Positions 17,900 to 27,982 of a DNA stretch of 57,056 bases are shown in pieces. The first letter of the stretch is position 1. Each line of letters begins with the position of its first letter. The position numbers and the translations under genes are program-made. This stretch comes from Clostridiales bacterium UBA4706. Lineage in GTDB: Bacteria; Bacillota; Clostridia; Oscillospirales; Oscillospiraceae. The stretch is from the NCBI GenBank assembly GCA_002404605.1, contig DHKA01000080.1:1-57056 (forward strand), written 5' to 3'. The notes beneath the pieces were generated by a model, which was not told where the DNA came from, did no database searches, and saw only the letters and a list, made by a program, of their open reading frames with translations.

Positions 17900-18871
17900 T
17901 TATTGCATTCGGAAATAGATGTTCAGATCGACATCACCGTCAATGCCGTTTACCGAGCCGGTGCTCGAATACTGCCACATGTCGAAGTTGAATACGATGC
18001 GCGGCTTCGCCTCGTATTCGGCGTACCAGAATTCGTAATCGCAGAGCTGGCGCAGTATGTATTTCCGGTAGCCGAGATACTGCGTGAAATAGATCATCGC
18101 GTCGTACCCGGCGTCCTCTACGGCATCGCAGAACGTTTTGGCGCTCTCGCAGAGCACCGCGCGCGAGACGGTGTATGTGCGCGCGTCGCTGCCGCCGACG
18201 ATCTCCCAGTCGAACACGACCGGGAACGTGACCTTGTACGGGCGGATCGCATCGAGCACGAAGGCGGCTTCCTCGGCGGCTTCCTCGGCGTTGATCGCCT
18301 GAGAATAGAAGTACACGCCGACCTTCAGCCCGGCGGCGGTCGCCCCGGCGATGTTCTTTTCAAAGTATTCGTCCGTATAGATCTGGCCGGCAGTCGAGCC
18401 GCGGTAGCCGATGCGGATCATCGCAAAGTCGATGCCGTCGGCGGCGACCTTTTCCCAGTCGATGTCGTACTGGTGCTCGGAAACGTCGATGCCGGTGAGA
18501 TATTTCCCGCCGGAATACTGCATCCGCCCGCGGCTGTCGGCGGAAAAGCCGTCCAGCGCCCAGGCGAGCATCGGAAAGCCGTTCGAGCGTACCGCGGCGC
18601 TTGCCGCGATCTCCGCTTCGGGGGAGAGAGGCGCTTCGCGCAGCTCTTCGGGAAGCGGTGTTTCCGAAGGCGTCCCGGATGTGTCCGGCGTGGCGGTGGG
18701 CGCGGCGGTATTCTCCGGCGCTTCCGCACCGGACGGACGGCGGAGCAGCGATACGACGCCGATCACCGCGCCGAGAAGCAGCGCCGCAAGCACGGCCCAG
18801 AGAACGATGCGCCCCGCACGCGGGCGCGTTTTGAGCGCCGTGCCGCCAAAATGGTGAGAGCGTTTTGCCAT
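17900..18871 (-). CDS. membrane-anchored GH25 lysozyme (muramidase)
   Basis: N-terminal TM, Pro/Thr linker, then GIDVSEHQYDIDWEKV...FAMIRIGYRG...DLN GH25 motifs. Confidence 0.85.
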   Translation of the reverse strand: MAKRSHHFGGTALKTRPRAGRIVLWAVLAALLLGAVIGVVSLLRRPSGAEAPENTAAPTATPDTSGTPSETPLPEELREAPLSPEAEIAASAAVRSNGFPMLAWALDGFSADSRGRMQYSGGKYLTGIDVSEHQYDIDWEKVAADGIDFAMIRIGYRGSTAGQIYTDEYFEKNIAGATAAGLKVGVYFYSQAINAEEAAEEAAFVLDAIRPYKVTFPVVFDWEIVGGSDARTYTVSRAVLCESAKTFCDAVEDAGYDAMIYFTQYLGYRKYILRQLCDYEFWYAEYEAKPRIVFNFDMWQYSSTGSVNGIDGDVDLNIYFRMQ

Positions 18872-18904
18872 AGGTCTTTTATCCTTTTTCTTTCTTTGGA
18901 AAAA

Positions 18905-18932
18905 AGAGACCCGCGGGAGCGGGTCTCTTTTT
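18905..18932 (-). terminator. bidirectional intrinsic terminator
   Basis: AGAGACCCGC-ggga-GCGGGTCTCT flanked by A- and T-runs. Confidence 0.75.
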
Positions 18933-18959
18933 ATAAGACGGAAGGGGAGGGAAAAACGT

Positions 18960-20621
18960 TCACTCCGCCGCGATCATGTAATAATATACCGGCTGACCGC
19001 CGCTCACGATGGAGACGTCCGCCTCCGGGAAGCAGGAGGTGAGACTCTCGGCAACGCCATTGGCGTCGGCCTCTGTCACGTCCTGACCGTAGTACACGGT
19101 AAGAAATTCCGGCTCAAGCTCGCCGAACGCCCAGTTGAGCTCCTTGAGAAGCGTCGGAAGACTGGCGTAGCTGCCGAGCAGCTTTCCGTCGAGCAGCGCG
19201 AGATACTCGCCCGCGTGGATGATGTGGCCGTCGTAGTCCGAATCGCGCGCGGCATAGGTCACGAGCGCGGTGTGGACGCGCGCGGCGCTCTCCTTGAAGG
19301 ACTCCTCCAGATCGTCGGGCGACTGGTCGGGATCCATGTAGGCAAGCGCGGCGACGCCCTGTGGCACGGTGCGGGTCGGGATGACGCGCACGGTCTTTTC
19401 CGTGAGCGGGATGCACTGCTCCGCCGCCATGATAATGTTCTTATTGTTCGGGAACACAAACACGGTGGAAGCGGGAGTCTTGTTCACCTCGCGGAGGATA
19501 TCATCCGTGGAGGGGTTCATCGTCTGGCCGCCGGTCACGATCCGGTCGGCGCCGAGCGAGCGGAAGAGATCGGCCATGCCGTCTCCGGCGCACACGGCGA
19601 CGAAGCCGACTTCCTTCTCGGCGGGGGCGATCTCCGGCTCGGCCTCGGCCTCCGGCTGGGCGGGGGCGGCAGACGCGGCGGCGGTCTCCTTGTCGGCGAG
19701 AGAGGTGTGCTGGTTGCGCATGTTCTCGATCTTCACGGTCTGGAGCGGGCCGTAGCGCAGCGCTTCGGTCAGCGCGCGGCCCGGCGCGTCCGTGTGGACG
19801 TGGACCTTGATGATGTCGTCGTCCTCCACGAGCACGAGCGAATCGCCGAGACTCTCAAGGAAGCTGCGCAGCAGCTCGGGGTCGCGCCGCTTTTCACGCG
19901 CGACGATGAACTCGGTGCAGTAGGTGAACGTGATCTCCTCGTCGTTGATCGCGGAGAATTCCGCGCTCGTCCTGGTCTCCGTCACGGGAGCCTTGGCGAC
20001 GAACTTACCCTGTAAGCAGAGCAGCATCGCGTTGAGGATGACAACGTAGCCCTGGCCGCCGGCGTCCACGACGCCTGCTTTTTTGAGCACGGGGTTCATG
20101 TCCACGGTCTTGGCGAGCGTTTCGCGCGCCACGGCGAGAGCGTCGGTGAGAAGCTCTTCGATGTCGGTCACGCCGGCCTTGATCCGCTCGGCGGCGGCTT
20201 CGGAGGCGCAGCGGGACACGGTGAGCACCGTGCCTTCGGCGGGTTTCATAACGGCTTTGTAGGCGGCGTCCACGCCGTCACACATCGCTTTGGCCCAGTC
20301 TGCGGCGGTGCACTCGGCCTTGCCGCGCAGACTTTTGGCGAGCCCGCGGAACAGCAGGGAGAGAATAACGCCGGAGTTGCCGCGCGCGCCGCGCAGCAGC
20401 GCGGAGGCGGCGGTATCGGCGGCGTCGCCGACGGCGGAGGGCGTGCGGCCGCGCAGGGCGGTCGCGGCGGCGGACATGGTCAGAGACATATTCGTGCCGG
20501 TGTCGCCGTCCGGCACGGGAAAAACGTTAAGCTCGTTGAGTTGCTGGCGGTTCTCGTCCAGCGCGGCCGAGGCGCAGAAGATCATTTCCGCGAATACCTG
20601 ACCGCTGATTGTATTTCTCAC
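18960..20621 (-). CDS. yloV: DAK2 domain fusion protein YloV
   Basis: LNELNVFPVPDGDTGTNM is the Dak2 motif. About 550 aa, downstream of an Asp23 gene. GTG start with AGGAGG. Confidence 0.9.
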   Translation of the reverse strand: MRNTISGQVFAEMIFCASAALDENRQQLNELNVFPVPDGDTGTNMSLTMSAAATALRGRTPSAVGDAADTAASALLRGARGNSGVILSLLFRGLAKSLRGKAECTAADWAKAMCDGVDAAYKAVMKPAEGTVLTVSRCASEAAAERIKAGVTDIEELLTDALAVARETLAKTVDMNPVLKKAGVVDAGGQGYVVILNAMLLCLQGKFVAKAPVTETRTSAEFSAINDEEITFTYCTEFIVAREKRRDPELLRSFLESLGDSLVLVEDDDIIKVHVHTDAPGRALTEALRYGPLQTVKIENMRNQHTSLADKETAAASAAPAQPEAEAEPEIAPAEKEVGFVAVCAGDGMADLFRSLGADRIVTGGQTMNPSTDDILREVNKTPASTVFVFPNNKNIIMAAEQCIPLTEKTVRVIPTRTVPQGVAALAYMDPDQSPDDLEESFKESAARVHTALVTYAARDSDYDGHIIHAGEYLALLDGKLLGSYASLPTLLKELNWAFGELEPEFLTVYYGQDVTEADANGVAESLTSCFPEADVSIVSGGQPVYYYMIAAE

Positions 20622-20645
20622 TGCGGGGCTTCCTCCTTGGCTAGA

Positions 20646-21002
20646 TCAGTCCATCGTCATGGAATCTACATAGACGTCCACCTGACGGACGGAAACGTCC
20701 GTAGCGGAGGAGACCTTGTAGCTGACTTCATTCATAATGCTGCTGCAAAGCGCGGCAATGTTCACACCGTGATCGACCACGATATGCAGTTCGATCGTAA
20801 TGCTTCCGTCGTCGTTGGGCGTAACGGAGACGCCCTTGGTCATAGACTCCCGACGGAGAAGCTGCACCAGACCGCTTTCCTTGGCGCGTCCGGCCATCCC
20901 TTTGACGCCGAAGCAACGCGTCGCCGCATCCCCTGCCAGCCACGTGAACACTTCGGAGCTGATGCAGATGGAGCCTCTTTCGTTGTCAAGTTTTACCATG
21001 GC
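20646..21002 (-). CDS. Asp23/Gls24-family envelope stress protein (YloU)
   Basis: ISSEVFTWLAGDAATRCFGV...IELHIVVDHGVNI is Asp23-like. Conserved yloU-yloV pairing. Confidence 0.85.
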   Translation of the reverse strand, partial: AMVKLDNERGSICISSEVFTWLAGDAATRCFGVKGMAGRAKESGLVQLLRRESMTKGVSVTPNDDGSITIELHIVVDHGVNIAALCSSIMNEVSYKVSSATDVSVRQVDVYVDSMTMD

Positions 21003-21160
21003 AAGTCTTCCTTTCCACAAATCGATTCATAATTATAAAACAGATTGTCGAAAAGTACAAGGCTTTTCTTGTCGCCGAAACCGGGAAAAGCATACCAAAA
21101 TTCAAGGGAATTCCTGTGCGATTCCGGCAAAAATGAGAGAAAAAACCCTTATACAAGCTC

Positions 21161-21189
21161 TTTACATCGGCGGTAGGGCGTGGTAAAAT
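21161..21189 (+). promoter_or_regulatory. sigma-A-type promoter for nifJ (TTTACA-17-TGgTAAAAT)
   Basis: -35 at 21161-21166; extended -10 TGg plus TAAAAT at 21184-21189. Confidence 0.5.
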
Positions 21190-21268
21190 GACTCTGTTCG
21201 CAAAGACGTTTCGGAAAGCCCTGTTGTATTTCCGGAACAGGAGCAAAAAATTATAGGAGATGAATCGA

Positions 21269-24200
21269 ATGGTAAGAAAGCTTAAGTCCATGGACGGCAA
21301 TACCGCTGCCGCCCACGTGTCCTATGCATTTACCGAAGTCGCGGCAATCTACCCCATCACGCCGTCCAGCCCCATGGCGGACTACGTGGATCAGTGGTCT
21401 GCCGAGGGTCGGAAGAATGTGTTCGGCACCACCGTCAAGGTTGCGGAGCTTGAGTCCGAGGCCGGCGCCGCCGGCAGCGTGCACGGCTCTCTCAACGCCG
21501 GTGCGCTGACCACCACCTACACCGCCTCTCAGGGCCTGCTGCTGATGATCCCCAACATGTACAAGATCGCCGGCGAGCTTCTGCCCTGCGTGTTCCACGT
21601 TTCCGCCCGCGCGGTCGCGTCCCACGCGCTGAGCATTTTCGGCGACCACGGCGACGTCTACGCCTGCCGTCAGACCGGCTTCGCCATGCTGGCGGAGACC
21701 AACATCCAGGAGATCATGGATCTCTCTCCGGTGGCGCACCTGTCCGCCATCCAGGGCCGCGTCCCGTTCATCAACTTCTTCGACGGCTTCCGTACCTCTC
21801 ACGAGATCCAGAAGGTCGCCGTCTGGGATTACGATGATCTGGCCGACATGCTCGACTGGGATGCTGTCAAGGCGTTCCGCGAGCGCGCTCTCAACCCCGA
21901 GCATCCGACGATGCGCGGTTCCCACGAGAACGGCGATATCTTCTTCCAGAACCGCGAGGCTTCCAACAAGTACTACAACGCGCTGCCCGAGATCGTTGAG
22001 CAGAACATGGCGAAAGTCAATGCCAAGCTCGGCACCGACTACCAGCTCTTCAACTACTACGGCGCGCCCGATGCCGACCGCGTCATCGTTGCGATGGGCT
22101 CCATCTGCGACGTGGCCGAGGAAGTCATCGACTACCTGACCGCTCACGGCGAGAAGGTCGGTCTTGTCAAGGTCCGCCTGTTCCGTCCGTTCCGCGCCGA
22201 CAAGCTCGTCGCCGCCATCCCCGAGACCGTCAAGAAGATCGCCGTCCTTGACCGCACCAAGGAGCCCGGCGCGCAGGGCGAGCCTCTGTTCATGGACGTC
22301 GTGACCGCATTCGCAACCTCCGGCCGCCAGGCCAAGATCATCGGCGGCCGCTACGGTCTCTCCTCCAAAGACACGCCTCCCGCGTCCGTGTTCGCCGTTT
22401 ACGACGAGCTCAAGAAGGACGAGCCGAAGAATCAGTTCACCGTCGGCATCGTGGACGACGTTACCCACCTCTCCCTCACCGAGAAGTCCCGGGAAGAGAC
22501 CCCCAACACCGCCGCGGAAGGCACCATCGAGTGCAAGTTCTGGGGTCTCGGCGGCGACGGTACCGTCGGCGCGAACAAGAACTCCACCAAGATCATCGGC
22601 GACCACACCGATAAGTATATCCAGTCCTACTTCCAGTACGACTCCAAGAAGACCGGCGGTGTCACCGTCAGCCACCTGCGCTTCGGCGACAAGCCCATCA
22701 AGAGCCCGTACTACATCAACAAGGCCGACTTCGTCGCGTGCCACAACCCGTCCTACATCGTGAAGAACTTCCCGATGGTGCAGGACGTGAAGCCCGGCGG
22801 CATCTTCCTCATCAACTGCCAGTGGGATTTCGAGGAGCTCAACAAGCACCTCCACGCCGACGCGAAGCGCTACATCGCCAAGAACAACGTGCAGCTTTAC
22901 ACCATCAACGCCATTGACCTCGCCGTCAAGGTCGGCATGGGCAAGCGTACCAACACCATCCTGCAGGCCGCGTTCTTCGCTCTGGCGAACGTGCTGCCCA
23001 AGGATGAGGCCGTCAAGTACATGAAGGATGCCGCGGAGCACTCCTACATGAAGAAGGGCATGGACGTCGTCCAGAAGAACTGGGACGCCATCGACGCCGG
23101 CGCCGGCGCACTCGTGAAGATCGATGTTCCCGCCGACTGGGCGAACGCCACCGAAGAAGCTCACGTTGAGCATCTCGAAGGCCCCGAAAAGACCGTTGCG
23201 ATGGTCCGCAACATCATGGAGCCTGTGGGCCGCATGAACGGCGACTCTCTGCCGGTCTCCGCTTTCGTCGATTACGCCGACGGCACCTTCCAGCAGGGCG
23301 CCGCTGCGTACGAGAAGCGCGGCGTTTCCGTCACCGTTCCCGAGTGGACTGCCGAGACCTGCGCGCAGTGCAACCAGTGCGCTTACGTCTGCCCGCACGC
23401 CACCATCCGCCCCTACACCCTCAACGCCGAGGAAGTCGCTGCGGCTCCCGAAGGCACCAAGATGGTCGATCACAAGATGTCCAAGGGCAAGTACAAGTAC
23501 GCCCTGGCCGTCAGCCCGCTCGACTGCATGGGCTGCTCCGTGTGCGTGAGCGTGTGCCCGACCAAGTCCCTCAAGATGGTCGGCCAGGAGAGCCAGCTCG
23601 GCGAGCAGAAGGTCTTCGACTACATGGTCAAGGACGTCACCGTCAAGCCCGACGTCGCCGGCACCGACAACGTCATCAAGTCCCAGTACCTCAAGCCGTA
23701 TCTGGAGTTCTCCGGCTCCTGCGCCGGCTGCGCCGAGACGAGCTACGCCCGCCTCGTCACCCAGCTCTTCGGCAGCCGTATGTATATCTCCAACGCCACG
23801 GGCTGCTCCTCCATCTGGGGCGGACCGGCTGCCACTTCTCCGTACTGCATGGATAAGAACGGCAAGGGCGTTGCCTGGGCGAACTCCCTCTTTGAGGACA
23901 ACGCCGAGAACGGCTACGGCATGTACCTTGGCCAGAAGGTGCTTCGTGAGAAGTACATCGAGGCCGTCAAGGAACTGATCGCCGTGCCTTACGTCGATGA
24001 AGACATCGCCGCTGCCGGCAAAGAATTCCTCGACACCGTCAACGACGGCGAGAAGAACTCCGCCGCGGCTGAGAAGCTCATCGCCGCCATCAACGCCAAT
24101 CCGAGCGTGCCCACCTGCGAGTGCGACGCCTGCAAGCTCGCCCGCAAGGTCCTCGAGGGCAAGAACTACCTCGCCAAGAAGTCCGTCTGGATCTTCGGCG

Positions 24201-24820
24201 GCGACGGCTGGGCGTTCGACATCGGCTTCGGCGGTCTGGATCACGTCCTGGCCTCCGGCGAAGACGTCAACGTGTTCGTGTTCAACACCGAGGTGTACTC
24301 CAACACCGGCGGACAGGCTTCCAAGGCCTCCAACATCGGCCAGGTCGCGCAGTTCGCGGCGGCCGGCAAGGAGATCAAGAGCAAGTCTCTCGCCGAGATC
24401 GCCATGACCTACGGCTACGTCTACGTTGCCCAGGTCGCTATGGGCGCGAACATGGCACAGACGCTCAAGGCCATCAAGGAAGCCGAAGCGTGGCACGGCC
24501 CGTCCCTCATCATCGGCTACTCCCCTTGCGAGATGCACTCCATCAAGGGCGGCATGGCCAACTGCCAGCTTGAGATGAAGAAGGCTGTCGACTGCGGTTA
24601 CTGGAACCTCTTCCGGTACAACCCGGCGGCGGAGAAGCCCTTCTCGCTCGACAGCAAGGAGCCCAAGGGCGGCTATCAGGACTTCCTGAAGAACGAGGCC
24701 CGCTACGCGCGTCTCGCCACTTCCTTCCCCGAGCGCGCTGCGGAGCTCTTCGAGAAGAACGAAGAGAACGCCAAGGCCCGCTACAAGCACCTGCTCAAGC
24801 TCAAGGCGCTGTACGAATAA
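21269..24820 (+). CDS. nifJ: pyruvate:ferredoxin (flavodoxin) oxidoreductase
   Basis: About 1180 aa. MDGNTAAAHVSYAFTEVAAIYPITPSS; internal 2x CxxCxxCxxxCP; TPP motif GGDGWAFDIG. AGGAGA upstream of ATG 21269. Confidence 0.95.
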   Translation: MVRKLKSMDGNTAAAHVSYAFTEVAAIYPITPSSPMADYVDQWSAEGRKNVFGTTVKVAELESEAGAAGSVHGSLNAGALTTTYTASQGLLLMIPNMYKIAGELLPCVFHVSARAVASHALSIFGDHGDVYACRQTGFAMLAETNIQEIMDLSPVAHLSAIQGRVPFINFFDGFRTSHEIQKVAVWDYDDLADMLDWDAVKAFRERALNPEHPTMRGSHENGDIFFQNREASNKYYNALPEIVEQNMAKVNAKLGTDYQLFNYYGAPDADRVIVAMGSICDVAEEVIDYLTAHGEKVGLVKVRLFRPFRADKLVAAIPETVKKIAVLDRTKEPGAQGEPLFMDVVTAFATSGRQAKIIGGRYGLSSKDTPPASVFAVYDELKKDEPKNQFTVGIVDDVTHLSLTEKSREETPNTAAEGTIECKFWGLGGDGTVGANKNSTKIIGDHTDKYIQSYFQYDSKKTGGVTVSHLRFGDKPIKSPYYINKADFVACHNPSYIVKNFPMVQDVKPGGIFLINCQWDFEELNKHLHADAKRYIAKNNVQLYTINAIDLAVKVGMGKRTNTILQAAFFALANVLPKDEAVKYMKDAAEHSYMKKGMDVVQKNWDAIDAGAGALVKIDVPADWANATEEAHVEHLEGPEKTVAMVRNIMEPVGRMNGDSLPVSAFVDYADGTFQQGAAAYEKRGVSVTVPEWTAETCAQCNQCAYVCPHATIRPYTLNAEEVAAAPEGTKMVDHKMSKGKYKYALAVSPLDCMGCSVCVSVCPTKSLKMVGQESQLGEQKVFDYMVKDVTVKPDVAGTDNVIKSQYLKPYLEFSGSCAGCAETSYARLVTQLFGSRMYISNATGCSSIWGGPAATSPYCMDKNGKGVAWANSLFEDNAENGYGMYLGQKVLREKYIEAVKELIAVPYVDEDIAAAGKEFLDTVNDGEKNSAAAEKLIAAINANPSVPTCECDACKLARKVLEGKNYLAKKSVWIFGGDGWAFDIGFGGLDHVLASGEDVNVFVFNTEVYSNTGGQASKASNIGQVAQFAAAGKEIKSKSLAEIAMTYGYVYVAQVAMGANMAQTLKAIKEAEAWHGPSLIIGYSPCEMHSIKGGMANCQLEMKKAVDCGYWNLFRYNPAAEKPFSLDSKEPKGGYQDFLKNEARYARLATSFPERAAELFEKNEENAKARYKHLLKLKALYE

Positions 24821-24836
24821 TTTCCAACTGCAAAAA

Positions 24837-24865
24837 GACGCCGGGATCTTCCCGGCGTCTTTTTT
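24837..24865 (+). terminator. intrinsic terminator of nifJ
   Basis: GACGCCGGG-atctt-CCCGGCGTC followed by TTTTTT. Confidence 0.85.
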
Positions 24866-24955
24866 GTCTGCGCCGCTCCTATTGACCGGGCGGCGTGATT
24901 TGTGATATGTTTACAGGTACGAATCGAATCGATAACGGAGAAGGGGATGAGAGCC

Positions 24956-25951
24956 ATGCACTTTGATAAACGGACAAGCGCGGATCTGGACTATCTGAAA
25001 GCGTTTGCGGCGTTCCTTGTCGTGCTGGGCCACTGCCTTTCTTATTGCGCCGCCCGGCAGCCTCTGCCGCTGTTCGCCGGAATCGCTGAGGACCTGATCT
25101 ATCAGGTACATGTGCCGCTCTTTTTCACGATCTCCGGCTTCCTGTGCCACCGGCAGCCGCTGCGTCCATACTATAAGAAAAAGGTACTCCGCGTCCTCGT
25201 TCCGTTCTGGTTCTTCGCCTTTTTGAAGGTGTTTTTCAGCACCGTGATCGTCCGGCACTTTGCGCATGCAGATACGATCAGCGGCCAGCTTTACGATGCG
25301 CTCATCATCGGCCGTGCCTATTGGTTCGCCTACGCGATCTTTCTCATGCTTCTGATCGCGCCGCTCTTCTGGGAAAAGGACGAAAAAACCGCGCCCAGAA
25401 AAGCGTTTGCCGGCATGATCGCTGCTGCCGTTTTTACCGCCGTCTGCTCCATAAAGGAGCTTTCCCTTTTACCGGAGGTTTTCCAGATCGGCCGGACCGT
25501 AAAGCACCTTCCATTCTTTCTGTCCGGCATGGTGCTGCGGTATTATTATCCAAAGGTGAAAGAGCTTTTCGCACGGCACCATGCCGCCGTGTTCTGCTTC
25601 GCCGCGGCTATCGCCGCGGCGTCCGCCCTCTGCTTTGCGATGCAGTGGAAGATCGATGCATATCTTCGTCTTATTATGACGTCCTATGCACTGATGGCGC
25701 TGCTGCTTGCACTGGCGAATGCCATACCGGAGAATTGCCGGGCGCTGGCACAGACCGGGAGAATATCCTACCAGATCATGCTGTTCGACCCGTTTTACAA
25801 GGTCATGCTGTTTGCCGCGGCGGGGCAGCTCCTCGGCGGCGCGCCGCTGGCGATCGTCCCGCTCATCGCCGTAGCCGATTTCGCTCTCGGCGTCCTTACA
25901 TGCATTATTGCCAGAAAGATCCCCGTCGTTAGAACGCTGCTTGGATTGTAA
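24956..25951 (+). CDS. acyltransferase family 3 membrane protein
   Basis: DYLKAFAAFLVVLGH...VPLFFTISGF is the Acyl_transf_3 signature; polytopic. Start at 24956 or 24947. Confidence 0.75.
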   Translation: MHFDKRTSADLDYLKAFAAFLVVLGHCLSYCAARQPLPLFAGIAEDLIYQVHVPLFFTISGFLCHRQPLRPYYKKKVLRVLVPFWFFAFLKVFFSTVIVRHFAHADTISGQLYDALIIGRAYWFAYAIFLMLLIAPLFWEKDEKTAPRKAFAGMIAAAVFTAVCSIKELSLLPEVFQIGRTVKHLPFFLSGMVLRYYYPKVKELFARHHAAVFCFAAAIAAASALCFAMQWKIDAYLRLIMTSYALMALLLALANAIPENCRALAQTGRISYQIMLFDPFYKVMLFAAAGQLLGGAPLAIVPLIAVADFALGVLTCIIARKIPVVRTLLGL

Positions 25952-25971
25952 AAAAGTAAAGAGGTTTATCT

Positions 25972-27123
25972 ATGCCGAACATTCTCGATTACCTTACCTG
26001 GCGCGGCGATGTGCCGTTTTCGGTGTCGCCGCCGAACGAGGTGGACAACTATATCCACTGCAAGATCGGCACGCTCGATTTTACGGGCATCGTGCCGGAA
26101 AACGAGCTGTACGTCCCGCTGCCGCAGGCGGTGGAGGCGTATTTTGCCGCGGGCGGCGCGGAAAAGCTCGGCGCGCTCAGCTCGCCGTATATCGCTCCGA
26201 TGATCAAGCGCCTGCCGGAAACGGTGCGTTTCCGCGAGGTGATGCTCACCGGCTTCCGCCAGGTGTTCGACGAGAAAAAAACGGAGCAGTTCTCCGCGCT
26301 CACGCTGCGTCTGCCGGGCGGACTGCACTATGTGACCTTCCGCGGCACGGACGATACGATCGTTGGCTGGAAGGAAGACTGCCTGCTCACCGTTATGGAC
26401 GAGATCCCAGCGCAGCGCGATGCGGTCGAGTATCTCACATGGGCGGCCTCGGTCTATCCGGGGAAGATCGCCGTCGGCGGGCACTCCAAGGGCGGCAATC
26501 TCGCCATGTACGCCGCCGCGATGACGCCTAAGAGCGTGCAGGAGCGGATCGGGAACATCTACAATAACGACGGCCCCGGCTTCCAGGAGAAAATTTTGCA
26601 GACCGAGGGCTACCAGCGTATCAAGCCGCGCATCAAAACGATCCTCTCCCAAAACGCCATGGTCGGTACGCTTCTCTGGCATGACTGCGACTATACGGTC
26701 GTGAAGAGCACCGCCGCGCTGCTCGGCGCGCACGACGGCTTCACGTGGGAGACGACGCCCACAGGCTTTGTCCGCTGTGAAAACCTGTCGCCGTCGGCGC
26801 GGGCGTTCGACCACGCGATGGAGGAAGTGCTCGGCGGCATGAGCATGGCCGAGCGGCAGGAATTCATCGAGGAATTTTTCGGCACGCTCACGGCCACCGG
26901 AGCCGTAACGCTCAGCGACCTCTCCGCGCGGATGCTGCGCGAAACGCTGCGCGTCGCCCGCGCGGTGTATCAGGAGCCGAGCCTGCACAGAATGGTCAAC
27001 GAGACGCTCGAAGCCATGGCCAAAGGCTACGCCGCCGAGCGCAACTGGAGCCTCAGCCGTCTGAAGCTCCCGGCCAATCCCCTCCGGCGCAAGAAAACCA
27101 AAGAGGAACAGGACAAAACCTGA
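25972..27123 (+). CDS. Mbeg1-like / DUF2974 alpha/beta-hydrolase-fold protein
   Basis: NILDYLTWRGDVPF...NEVDN N-terminus and GHSKGGNLA nucleophile-elbow motif. Confidence 0.7.
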   Translation: MPNILDYLTWRGDVPFSVSPPNEVDNYIHCKIGTLDFTGIVPENELYVPLPQAVEAYFAAGGAEKLGALSSPYIAPMIKRLPETVRFREVMLTGFRQVFDEKKTEQFSALTLRLPGGLHYVTFRGTDDTIVGWKEDCLLTVMDEIPAQRDAVEYLTWAASVYPGKIAVGGHSKGGNLAMYAAAMTPKSVQERIGNIYNNDGPGFQEKILQTEGYQRIKPRIKTILSQNAMVGTLLWHDCDYTVVKSTAALLGAHDGFTWETTPTGFVRCENLSPSARAFDHAMEEVLGGMSMAERQEFIEEFFGTLTATGAVTLSDLSARMLRETLRVARAVYQEPSLHRMVNETLEAMAKGYAAERNWSLSRLKLPANPLRRKKTKEEQDKT

Positions 27124-27141
27124 CATATTTTTAATGACAAT

Positions 27142-27173
27142 GCCCCCTTACGCAGTTTTCTGCGTAAGGGGGC
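27142..27173. terminator. bidirectional terminator
   Basis: GCCCCCTTACGCAG-tttt-CTGCGTAAGGGGGC between convergent genes. Confidence 0.8.
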
Positions 27174-27190
27174 GTTTATTCAAAGAGAGA

Positions 27191-27952
27191 TCATTTTTTC
27201 AAAACAAAATCGGGCGACATTTTCTGCCAGTGCGCCATGCGGCGGGCGAGCTCCGCTTTGCTCTCGGCGTCCTTGCGCATTGCGATGGGCTCCCAGTCCA
27301 TCTCACCGAGCGCCTGCACGACCTCGTCGATCTTCTGATAGGGGATGGCGATGATATGCCGTCCGGGAGGATAGGTACCGCGGCGCTTCATGCCGTGGTG
27401 CATGCCGGTGATACAGAAATTCACCTTGCCGGTGACGTAAGGATAGCTGTACATCCACGCGCAGCTGAGCACCGACGAGCACTTGCTCTCCCAGAAATCA
27501 CCGGAAATATAGCTCGTGGCGCGCATGATGATCTCCGCCTTTTCCACCTCGGCGACGCAGATGATCAGATCGGGATCAAAATCACAGATGGCAACGGGGC
27601 AGAAAATGACAAAATTCACCGACCCTGGAACAAGCGTCGTCATGCTGTTATAAATGCGCGCGTTCGGCGCGGGCGTCTTGAACACGCCGAAGTCGTATCC
27701 CGCCTGACCGCTCGCGCCGAGCGGCGGCTTGGGGATCATGCCGAGCGCCATTTTTCCGAAGCAGTTATCGTCGTCCTTTGTGATGAAGAACTTTTTCCCC
27801 GTAATCTGCGCTTCCTTTACAAACTCGCAGAACGAGAGCGTCTTATCGGTGTGCGCGGTGTTTTCCGGCATGGCGTAGCAGTATTTGACCGCAACGGCCG
27901 GATACTCCATTTCGAGCTTGGCAAAAAGCTCTTTTGCCTTCTGACTGAGCAT
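27191..27952 (-). CDS. DUF169-like protein
   Basis: About 250 aa Cys-rich protein whose size and pattern are reminiscent of DUF169/COG2043. Assignment tentative. Confidence 0.45.
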   Translation of the reverse strand: MLSQKAKELFAKLEMEYPAVAVKYCYAMPENTAHTDKTLSFCEFVKEAQITGKKFFITKDDDNCFGKMALGMIPKPPLGASGQAGYDFGVFKTPAPNARIYNSMTTLVPGSVNFVIFCPVAICDFDPDLIICVAEVEKAEIIMRATSYISGDFWESKCSSVLSCAWMYSYPYVTGKVNFCITGMHHGMKRRGTYPPGRHIIAIPYQKIDEVVQALGEMDWEPIAMRKDAESKAELARRMAHWQKMSPDFVLKK

Positions 27953-27982
27953 AGCTTCCCCTCCTAACGAAATGATTCAAAT

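Noticed and set aside
21046-21052. Second perfect Spo0A box TGTCGAA between the Asp23 gene and nifJ
   Set aside because: A 7-mer is expected several times by chance in 57 kb on two strands. Unlike the abrB site, it has no supporting positional logic.
21210-21240. Possible Rex operator (TTGTATTTCCGGAACA) in the nifJ leader
   Set aside because: It matches only the outer TTGT...ACA of the TTGTTAAnnnnTTAACAA-type consensus. That is too weak to call without a genome-wide motif model.
21251-24790. 1179-aa ORF antisense to nifJ
   Set aside because: Same reasoning. The plus strand encodes a textbook PFOR, and the antisense product is G/A/V/L/D/R repetitive junk.
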